A DNA stretch of 60,607 nt from contig NC_057718.1 in assembly GCF_004010195.1 (NCBI RefSeq), positions 101,821,908 through 101,882,514 of the forward strand. The letters are read 5' to 3'. Source of the DNA: Chiloscyllium plagiosum (taxonomy: Eukaryota). The notes beneath the pieces were generated by a model that saw only the letters and a program-made list of their open reading frames with translations, did no database searches and had not been told where the DNA came from. Below are positions 50,348-60,607 of this stretch, in pieces (position 1 is the first letter of the stretch; each line of letters begins with the position of its first letter). Position numbers and translations under genes: made by a program.

Positions 50348-50830
50348 ATAGAGTCATAGAGATGTACAACACAGAAACAGACCCTTTGGTCCAACTCGTC
50401 CATGCCGACCAAATATCCTAGATTAATCTCGTCTCATTTGCCAACACTAGGCCCATATCTCTCAAAACCCTTGTTATTCATGTACCCTTCCAGATGGGTT
50501 TTAAATGTTGTAATTGTACCAGCCTCCACCATTTCTTCTGGGAGTTCATTCCATGTGTGCACCACCCTCTGCATGAAAAGGTTGCCTCTTAGGTCCCTTT
50601 TTAGGATGAGAGGGGAAAGATTTAACCTACGTCCTATAGTTCTGGACTCCCCCACACCAGTGAAAAGACCTTGACTATTCACCCTATCCGTGCCCCTCGT
50701 GATTTTATAAACCTCTATAAGGTCATCCTCAACCTCAGATGCTCCAGGGAAAACAGCTCCAGCCTATTCAGCCTCTCCCTGTAGCTCAAAGCCTCCAATC
50801 CTGGCAACATCCTTGTAGATCTTTTCTGAT
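50348..50830 (-). mobile_element. CR1/HER1 LINE 3' fragment
   Basis: atagagtcatagag terminus; colinear with 37741-38210. Confidence 0.88.
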
Positions 50831-50868
50831 GGAGAAATAAAATTCATTTATTCAAAGAAAAAACATAC

Positions 50869-50982
50869 CCTTTCCTGGGAGACAAATCTGGGACTCCTAC
50901 AATCAGCAGAACAGTAAGAATAGTCATAGGTAAACGTTTTTAGCCGTTCTCGTCCAGAATCTCCTGAACCTCCTTCTGGGAT
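50869..50982 (-). CDS. KIF16B: KIF16B exon 3 (114 nt)
   Basis: ccaatag|IPEGGSGDSGRERLKTFTYDYSYCSADCRSPRFVSQER|gtatgt. Confidence 0.95.
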
Positions 50983-52944
50983 CTATTGGGAGGAGAGAAA
51001 AAGAATTCTCTGAAATGATCACATATTAACTTTTAAATTTTAATTGAATTTGAACATTTCAGCAACAACACTGCATTAAAAGGACACACAGTTAATACCA
51101 TCATGAACAGTTTTGAAGTTTACATGCAACATTCACAATGAGCCTACTGTAAGATGCTGCGTAAGTCTACTCAGAATTAAAGGCAAAATAAAGGACATGA
51201 ATTTCAAAGCAAAGCACTTTTGACTGTAGTTCAACATTTGCACTAGGTACACATTTGTGGTAAGCTTGTACTAATCGGAATGCTATTTTCAAGGAGCTGT
51301 TGGTGTTAAATTCATGGTCAAATGTCCAGGAACTAATCTTTTAGGGTCAGGGATTTTGAAGGAAAGAGACAGCTAAGAAAAGAAAGGAGTAGGCAAGATA
51401 AAAGGGAGAATTAGGACTCTGAGATCAAATGGTACTAAGATGGTGCACATGCTGATGAAATCTAGAATCACACCAATCACATGTGGAATCGTGCATATAA
51501 AATTGGGAGCTAACATACAATCCACAGGTTTGTAAATTATTTATTAATAATATTTAAAAGCAGCACAATCTTCCAAGGCCCTTAACTTTGTAAAGCCACA
51601 CCAATATCACTATCTCTCTAGATGGGTTGATGCTTGCACTAGAAATCTCTAAGGTGAGTGAAGCACCTACATCCAGTCACTCTTTAGAGTAGTATGTCCC
51701 TGTTCTGCTTTTCCAACAGCTACCAAGCCTTCAAATTTGAGCAAGAATTATTTCAGGACAAAATTTTCTGATGTAAAGTGTTTGAAAGTTTTATGATACA
51801 CTAGTTCCTCAGTATAGTTTTCCAATTAGGCTAGTTTTAGAACCTTCCTTGTCTAGACTTTATGTAATATTCCACAAATCAAAAAAACTTAAATACAAAT
51901 TGCTACCATGCTGCTTTTGAGAGACTCAAGTGGCTCTTATTAACAGAGCATATAAAACATTTGAACATAGGTGAGGAGCAAGCTGTTTTATAATTTTCCC
52001 ATATTACTGCACGTGACAACTTTCACCATATACATAACTTAGCATCTAATGACTGCATACAATATTTAGAAAATTGCTACTAGTACATTGAGATAGAAGA
52101 GAAGGGTAAAATTTTCCTCTCTTGTTTGAAAAAGCTATTCACATGATCTCGGTTGTTGGCCACATTTTCTTTTAAAAGGAGAAGACAGATGACACTGATT
52201 CCTAAATTAATGTGGTAATCTAAGTTCCAAGGGCAGATTCAACTAGCTTTGGAGCAATCCACTCACTGTTCCAAAGCTCTAGTTTGCTTTAACCAAACCA
52301 GTCACTCTAAAGCTAATACAGCTCATCCACATCAATACATCCAATGCACAACAATGGACATTTGTCATTATCATTTCCACTCCCTACTAAACCCCAGGAA
52401 GGGTTAGCAGATTTGCACAGGAAGCACTCTTGCATTTTTTTTGCCCTTTCCAAATAAAATGTTCTTTTTAAAATAAAAAGTCAATTCTAATAGGTGCAAA
52501 ATACAAAAATGCTAGCTTTAAAAGCTTAAGAGTAGATGATATATAATTAGCTGCTTTAAAAGAGCAATCAAATCAGATCACCACTTGCGATCAGGAAAAT
52601 GGAAGTGCTGGCTCTGAAATGACAGAAAATTGTCTCCAAATGGTAGTTTCATAAAATCAGGTTTCCACAGAAATGCAGGCATGAATATCAAGACACTTCA
52701 TAAGTAACAAGTGCATATCCGTAAACAATGTGTCCAATTTACAAATGCGAGCTGCAACTTCACCAACAGATCTCTGCATTTTCCAGTTATTAGCTCACTG
52801 AGCTACTGAAACAAGATGACAATTTCCAAACAACATTGTCCAATTTATTCCATAAAATTGACTGAGAAATATCAAATGGACAATTCTCAATACAGTAGCA
52901 CACAGAGAGAGAGAGAGAGCTAATACTATTCTGAAATGTTATAC

Positions 52945-53014
52945 CTTTAAGTTTGTGATTGCTGTTTTGTTTCCATCCATGTGTATGATACATTTGGCAT
53001 CCAAATCTTTTTCT
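52945..53014 (-). CDS. KIF16B: KIF16B exon 2 (70 nt)
   Basis: tgtgcag|A GAA AAA GAT... = EKDLDAKCIIHMDGNKTAITNLK |gtataa. Confidence 0.93.
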
Positions 53015-54617
53015 CTGCACAAAAAAAAATTAATAAATACAATTATATTTTTAAAAACTTTCAATCTAATAGGCTGTAGAAAGTCCATTATTAATTTTAT
53101 TTATAAATATTTCAAGAAGCAACTATATAATTAAAATGTTCTTCATTAATTATACAGCAATGTATTTCACAGTTTATGCTGCAATTTTTTGTTAAAAATG
53201 GAGATAGATGAAACATGAACATATCATATAAAGAAAAATCGTTACTTGTCCATAAACAATGACCTTTAAAAAGAAATAATTTCTAGTTACAGAACAAATG
53301 GCTTTACGTTTGGCTATGTTCGCATCTTTCGGAATACAACCATCAATCCTTCTCTATCACTAACCCCAGGTTTCAATTAATCAGGCTCTTTGTTTTACTA
53401 TTCTCACTCATTCTCTATTTTTCCACTATACATTGGCTCCCTTAGTTACAATGCTATTACCCATTACATTTGCATCCTATCCAAGTACAGTTTTGTCCAA
53501 ACTACTTCTCATCATCCATTCCTTTTCGTGCTCATTAACCGATTACTGTGCAACCCTACTTGGGCTCACAACCCACTTTGCAAACTTTGACTCATAAATT
53601 AACACTGATTTCATCCCCTTCCTTATTCCACTTGACTCAATTCTCAAAATACAGTTTTGTTGGAGGTGGGAGATAAACAAACACAAACTGATACAGTTAT
53701 GGCATCACCACAGCTCCCACTAATCCATTCCTCACCATTAAAGTGCACAAAAAGAGATCAAAAACCTCCAAAATGATGCAAAGAATTGAATGTATTTGGT
53801 AGCTGATACAAATATGTGAAAGAGCAGATAGGAAACATTTATTAATAAACTCCTTCGACTACCTTTAAAAACAATGTACCAGCCACAGTACTGATGGTTC
53901 AAGTTTTAAAATAATGCAATTAATTCGTGACAACCAAGGTTTGCTACAAAAAGAAAACCAATGTTTGCTTTCAATCCCAATTCAGAAATTATCCGAGAGT
54001 TTTAGAAACTTATTGCTAGCCATATGATCAAAGTCTGTGGAGATGAAATAATTAAAATGCTGTATATCCAGTGAAATCAAACTGGACTCTCCTCAGTAAC
54101 AATGACATCAGCTGGCACAGAGACCAGTCTATCTATTGAAGGCAGTCAGTGGTAGATCTACAAAAATGTGTCCTATTTCATTTCTTTTTAAAAATGCAGT
54201 ACAAAAAATAATTTTAGGTACAAAAAATTGTGAGAAACAATGAGAGCTGATGAATTGAAGACAGCTAGGATTCTGCTCATCTTCACCTCAATCTACCCGA
54301 CCTATGAAAACTCCCAATGAAAACAAAATCCTGCAGATCCGAGAAATCTGAAACATAAAATGTTGGGGAAACTCAGCACATCCACTTTATATTTATTTCT
54401 CTTTCAGCACAATTAGCTACTGTTTTGTCTTTTGCACTGGACCTCAACAGAATCTGTTCCTCTAGCTCTTCCTTCATCGCTGTCAGAAATATAAAAATCA
54501 TTTTCCAATCCCTTCCAGTTATGAAGGAGAGTCGTACTAGATTTGAAATGTTAGCTTTGTTCCTCTCTTGACAGACGTTGCCAGACCAGGTGAGTTTCTC
54601 CAACATTTTCCGTGCTT

Positions 54618-54959
54618 GATTAGATTAGATTAGATTAGATTAGATTAGATTAGATTACTTACAGTGTGGAAACAGGCCCTTCGGCCCAACAAGTCCACAC
54701 CGACCCGCCGAAGCGCAACCCACCCATTACCCTACATTTACCCCTTTTACCTAACACTACGGGCAATTTAGCATGGCCAATTCACCTGACCTGCACATTT
54801 TTTGGACTGTGGGAGGAAACCGGAGCACCCGGAGGAACCCCACGCAGACACGGGGAGAATGTGCAAACTCCACACAGTCAGTCGCCTAAGTCGGGAATTG
54901 AACCCGGGTCTCCGGCGCTGTGAGGCAGCAGTGCTAACCACTGTGCCACCGTGCCGCCC
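54618..54959 (-). mobile_element. HE1-type V-SINE, full length, with (GATTA)8 tail
   Basis: Head gggcggcacggtggcacagtggttagc; CpG-rich so probably young; tail 54618-54657. Confidence 0.94.
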
Positions 54960-55057
54960 ACTTGGAGTAAACTGGCTTGGTGAATGGAAACTCTGGTGTT
55001 TCACACTCCAGGATGTAACATACTGTAATGATAAATTTAAAAGTAACTGCGAGCATA

Positions 55058-55292
55058 GGTCCAACCCATCCATGCCGACCACATATCCCAAACCAATCTA
55101 GTCCCACCTGCCTGCACCCGGTCCATATCCCTCCAAACCCTTCCCATTCATATACCCATCCAAATGCCTCTTAAATGTTGCAATTGTACCAGCCTCAACC
55201 ACTTCCTCTGGCAGCTCATTCCATACCCGTACCACCCTCTGCGTAAAAAAGTTGCCCCTTAAGTCTCTTTTATATCTTTCCCCTCTCACCCT
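55058..55292 (-). mobile_element. CR1/HER1 LINE 3' fragment
   Basis: ORF 55098..55289 RGNFFTQRVVRVWNELP. Confidence 0.88.
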
Positions 55293-58200
55293 TCTTGGGA
55301 GTTATACAGTCACAGGGTGCCTACAGGCAAGGATTCACAATATTCAATCAATTCCATGACAACTCAGATAGGAAACATGCATTTGAGACTCTCCAGGTCA
55401 TTTGTGAGATATTGAATGAGGCATGGATATGCAAGACCTGCACTCCCTTATCCCAGAAATCAAAGGATTAAATTGCTATCAGCATCCAAATACTGTAGGA
55501 GTAAAAGAAAGAACAGAGTGTAGTGTTAATTTAATACTTTGGAGTTTCTGCTGAATTATTTTCCACTACCACCCTAAATAATTACCTTTACTGATTCACC
55601 AGCAAAAGCAAATGCAAATAACATTAAGCTTGACAAAAATTGCTGCAAGAATCCAAAATATCAATTTTTCCACATTCATAACAACACAAATATATTGAAG
55701 TATATTTTGGGCAAAATAAAAAAACAAAAATATCTCTGTCACCCCTGTGCTTATCTTCTGCTCTCTGTTAGAACCATTTTTGGATATAAGTCCTGGGTTG
55801 CTTGTTTCTTCATTGGTTGAGTTCACATTTCCGTCACCCATATTATCACTTTCAAAATTGTAGAGAAATAATTACAAAATAAGAAAACAATTAGGGTAAC
55901 AGTATTAAAATCAGCTATTTTTTAAAAAATTGCTAAACTGCTGTGCTCTGTGCTTGAATCACACTTTAAAGATATATGTTAAGGAGTTAATTTGGCACTT
56001 TGCCTCAACAAACTTTAGTGTTACTGCTGGCAGAGTCTGGCAATCTAAAAATACATTAACAATACAAGCTTTGGTTCTACATCATTAAACTCATGTAGTA
56101 TAAAATGGGTGTCAATATTCTCTCTTCTGCTTCACTTCAATGTCAGATTGAGCTGCAGCTCAGGATTCAGACTGCACTTGCATTTTAAGCAGCTTTATGA
56201 AGCATACAGTTTATAACATACACTACCATTCAAACTTAGTGTTAAACAAACAGTTGCAGGAGGAAACCAGGAAACAGTGTCCACTCTGCCATTCTAGATC
56301 AGAGCCTATCATCTGAATTTAAAAGCAGGTTAAAAAGTTGTATTATACGACATCACTGTTTCAGCGACTGAAAAGGTCAAATTCAATTCTCACACAAGAT
56401 TTTCATTAATATTCTGGAATCATTCATTATTTTGAAACTGATTAATAGGTTTAACCATCGGACAAGAGATAGTTAACACTCAATGTCCAATACAGTATGG
56501 ACACAGTTCTAATAACACAGCAATCAATTTTGTACCTTACTGCTGACAGAACACCTCCTGCTGTACAGACTGAAGGCTGGGTTGTTATATAGATTCCTGG
56601 TTGAGATAGACAGATTTTTAATTATTAAGGGAATCAAGGATTACAGAGAAAAAGCAGTAAAGTGGAGTTAAAGATTACCAGATCAGCCACAATCCCATGG
56701 AATTGCAGAGTAGATTCGATAGACCAAATGGTGTACTTCTGATCGATGTCCAGTTTAGAGATTTAAAGGTTCAAGAACATATTTCAGTGAAGTATAAAAA
56801 TGAGTAAATGAAATATAGAAGGTAAACTTAGATACTACTTCAAAGTAAGCTAGGAATGTAGAATGAGAAGATAATAAATTTACTTCTCTGTAAATTTATA
56901 AGCACAAGTCTGGATGAATCACTTTTACTTTGATAAAGCATAAATCCATGAAGAGGCAACTGGGGAAATGCTCAAATCTCATGGATTCCAAGCTGAGAAA
57001 GTTAGGAATAAGCTTCAATAAACTGCTATCATCCTTGATTTTTTTTTTTAAGTTCGTGTGAACAGAAATTGGTGAATTAGAATAATCAAGTTTGGAAATA
57101 AAGCGAAGGATGGAAGTTTCAGTACCAGTTGACTCAGGTGGGCAGAATCAAATGATGTTACTGAGGTGGAAATGGTTGGTCATAGTGACGACATGGATGC
57201 GTTGGCAAAAGCTCACCTCACATTTAAAGATAATACAAGGGTCACAAAGCATTTGGCTCTGCCTCAGACAGTTGCCAAAGACAGAGGGACATAGTCTCTG
57301 GTGGAAGTGATGCCAGTGTCTTCAGTCTTCCCAATATTTAGCTGGAGGACCATCCTGCTCATCTAGAAATTGATGCTGGATAAGTGGTCCTATCACCATC
57401 ACTGCAGTATTCCCATTCACAGTATCCTATACATTCAGTCTGCAAACCATTTATTACAAATCCATGAAAAATCCACGTTAGTTTGCACTTGCTTTGACGA
57501 TCCAAAAAGTTGGCGAAGACAGAATGAAAATATACAATAATGTAAGTAAATACATTTTAAGTAGTGTCATGACCTTTGTCTTGTTAAAGTGTAACTTGAT
57601 TCCTCATTCAGACGACTACTACTAGATCACATGTTCAGATATTTATGGCCTCAATAAACTACCTACCTTCCAACATCAAGAGCACATGCTATTCCCTTGC
57701 AACAGCATGTGAAATAAACATGTGATAACATGGAATACAGAACTATTTTGACAACACATCAACAAGGGACTGAAATGCTCTCTGAAATACACACAACCTA
57801 TTTTCAACATTACTATAGGACGAATGTTTAAATTCTGAACAACAGATTTCTAATTTATCAATTAATTTTGAACTTTTACTCAGGTTATGGGGGATCTGGT
57901 TAAGTTTTTAGGATTAACTGCACTTTGAACCAGTTCACAGGTGCAACACAACAGAAAAGGCAACTTAAATTTTATAACCATTTTGGTTACTGTCAAGTGC
58001 GACCCAACAAATGCTAAATTTACAGTAATAACAGAAAGGCTGAGCATACTCAAATACTCAGAGGACCTGACCTGCTGCCAGTATTTCCCGCATTTTCTTT
58101 TATTTCATATTTCCAGCATCCATATTTCTGCATTATTGAATTTACAGATTCACAATGAAGCACTAGTAAAATCTGTAATATAACTTAGTTAATGAGCTCC

Positions 58201-59340
58201 ATGTTTTGCCTGTAAATCTTCACACAACCAGTTTCTCTTACACAGAGTACCAAACGCGATGCTGTAAGCTGGCTCTTGATCACTGATTTCGGTCAAATAG
58301 ACTTCATGCCCAACATTGAATGATGTCATATTATCCACAGATCAAAATTTCTTATTATTGGAATTAGTTTGTTGAATTGGCAAGAAGTATCTTTAGTAGT
58401 TTTTGGATAACAGAACAATAACACCAATAAACTACATAAACTGTAAAGAAGAAAAAAAATTACATTCACTCCCTTGCAGTTGTTATGCTATTCAATTAGA
58501 CCCTGACTGTTCTATCTGACAGGCCACCCCAAATACCCTTAGCCAAAGAAAATTTATGCAACTCAAATTTTATGCTTCCAATTGCCTCCCCAACACCTGC
58601 CCGAACCTCAAACGATAGAAGGAGTGAAGACCATGTTCTAGATTTGCACACCTCTGTTTAAAAGAAATGTTGCCTAACTTCATCCATGAGTCATCTCGCT
58701 CTACTTTTAAGGTGCTATTCTCTTGTTTAATCAAATTCTTCTGCATAGGCTTTAGGCATTTGTACTACTCCACTTTGTGGTCTCTACAGAAATCGATGGA
58801 ATGCGCAGATGTTGATACAATCCCAATATCTAATAATGTCTGCTTGCATCTTGATTTCTTAACTATTATTTCAGAGCTGTTCTGTGTAACAGAACCATAA
58901 GTAATCTGACTGGAACGGATGACTGGAACAATGATAAAATTTTGTTAAAGTACATATTATTCCCCTTAAAAAAATCAGAACTGGACTGAGTGTAAACCTT
59001 GTGCTTTTGTATGGAAAAGCTTCTGGGATCTGAGCCATTTTCTTAACTGACAAGCAGTATCAAGTAACATTCCAACAACCTGTTGGATCTACAGCAATCT
59101 AGACTGATAAAAGTGTCAAATGCTTATCGACAATATGATTAAACCCAGTGGTCAGTCATACGTGATCTTTACTTCAGAGATCAAAAGGCCTGGAAAGATG
59201 TTTTTAAAAATTTATCTGCTGTGAGGATAATACGTACTACATGAAAACGGAAGTCTGTTCTTAGCCATATGCTCTATAAAAGGATGTGAAACTTAGCATC
59301 AGGGCACATCATTTGAACACAGGAACAAAGGAATAGATGC

Positions 59341-59478
59341 GCATAGAATCAGAGTTGTAAAGCATGGAAACAGATCATTCGGTCCAACTCATCTGCACCA
59401 ACCAAACATCCTAATCTGACTTAGTCCCATTTGCCAGCATTTGGCCCATATCCCTCTAAACCCTTACAGTTCACATAC
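59341..59478 (-). mobile_element. CR1/HER1 3' terminus
   Basis: catagaatcagag...catggaaacaga...ggtccaactc, matching other copies. Confidence 0.8.
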
Positions 59479-60254
59479 AACATTTTAAAAAGGCTTATGG
59501 ATGGGTAACTGTACCCAATACTTGTATACAAAATACAGAAAGCTAGCACACATTTGCCCTGATGTAATGCAGAGCCAGCACAATTTAGAGTTTAATAAGG
59601 CTCAAGTTTAATTTTTGATGATGTGCAGCGTTTGAAAGATAATTGCAACTAAAGTATTGGGGTTATTTTGCTTAAAAGAAAAAAAATACAAAAGTCACAC
59701 TGCAAAGCCTCAGTATAGTATCCTGGACATCAAACAGACTCATTCCACTTTGCTTCACAGCCCAGTCACCTGATTTACACGTCATGCTTGCCACAGCATT
59801 GAAGTGCTGTACACTTCTGATGTGTCAATACAGCCATGGGAGGTGTTTCCCTGCAACTGACTTTGCACCTTTCAGATCAGCTGATGTACAAAACAAAAAC
59901 TCATAGAAATTCAGTAGTAGCTTACAAACCCTTCTGTTTTGTTCAGCAACTTCCCAAGGTAGAAGACACCAGTATATATATTCATGTAGCACCTTTAAAA
60001 GTCACAATACATGCCACAGCACCATATAGCAGCGATGTTTGCCACTTAGCCAGATTTGGGTATGAGGGTAGGCAATGAAAGCTGGATTATAAAAAACATC
60101 CCAAAACGAAGGAAGAGAGGGGAATGAGTTAACCCCAAACTAATGTGCAGACGACCAACTAATAGAACGAATAAGATTTTTCAGACATTGTCATCCTTTG
60201 CTATTCATGTGATGGCATCGATTTGCTTTTGTTTCTGCCTTGCTCTGAATAAAC

Positions 60255-60607
60255 TAGCCCTCCCCAAATAATCTGCATCATCCTTTCCCACCGCTTCTCC
60301 CTCAGCATTCCGCTCTCGCCCTTATCTCATCTCCTCCTTACCCCCATTTCTCAGCTTTTCACCATCGCCTTATTCCCACTCTTCACCCCACCCCACAGTG
60401 TCTGCCCTATCACCTTCCCCACTTGCTGATCTCTCCTCCACAAGCCCTTCCTCATTCACTAACCCAAACCCCTCTGCGTCTCTAAATCCCCTCAGTACTG
60501 ATTCATACCCCCTATCATCTCTCAACCTGCCACTCCACCATCTCTTAAAACATACTGCCTCATAATCCCCTGCCTCAGTCTCTCATCTCCCTCAATCACT
60601 AACTCAG
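60255..60607. repeat. Pyrimidine-rich (C/T) low-complexity tract in intron 1
   Basis: Strong C/T skew with no ORF or perfect repeat unit. Confidence 0.7.

Larger units (their letters stand above)
794..53014 (-). other. KIF16B: KIF16B gene span visible in window (coding exons 2-16; partial at both ends)
   Basis: 15 exons with AG/GT boundaries and compatible phases; joined translation has P-loop GQTGSGKS, switch I SSRSH, switch II DLAGSE, VPYRDS, neck and FHA segments matching recalled KIF16B sequence. Confidence 0.96.

Noticed and set aside
54890..54959. tRNA-like A/B boxes as tRNA genes
   Set aside because: They are SINE heads continuous with V-domain and LINE-derived tail; no full cloverleaf
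54666..55101. Recurring ORFs such as DCGRKPEHPEETHADTGRMCKLHT (also near 4750, 5287, 15982, 42752)
   Set aside because: Antisense translations of the HE1 SINE V-domain
53015..60607. KIF16B exon 1 and promoter
   Set aside because: No MASV.VAVRVRP-coding segment or CpG island found; probably beyond the window end
1..60607. CRISPR array, prokaryotic operon or endogenous viral gene
   Set aside because: No regularly spaced repeat-spacer array and no long non-transposon ORF; content is explained by a spliced vertebrate gene plus repeats

Overview
Vertebrate genomic DNA, almost certainly from a shark (inferred from HE1-type V-SINEs with (TAATC)n tails, their CR1/HER1 partner LINE and abundant Penelope-like elements). 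The whole window lies inside one minus-strand gene, kinesin-3 KIF16B. I located 15 consecutive GT-AG coding exons (exons 2-16 by recalled human numbering; 1648 nt, phases join in one open frame) covering the motor domain, neck coil and FHA region; exon 1 and exons 17 onward lie outside the window. Introns are filled with retroelements and there is one assembly gap (20204-20936). The most interesting signal is a set of short Penelope-derived insertions from three unrelated sequence families. Each is a fold-back hairpin carrying a minimal hammerhead-ribozyme motif, with a single ~33-37 nt unpaired tail and 10-16 bp target-site duplications. Three young copies share end points, and two of them are flip/flop isomers of the central loop. 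There is also an unexplained ~133 bp sequence present twice, inverted, 48 kb apart. Repeat boundaries are approximate unless a TSD is quoted; family names come from recognition, not a database search.
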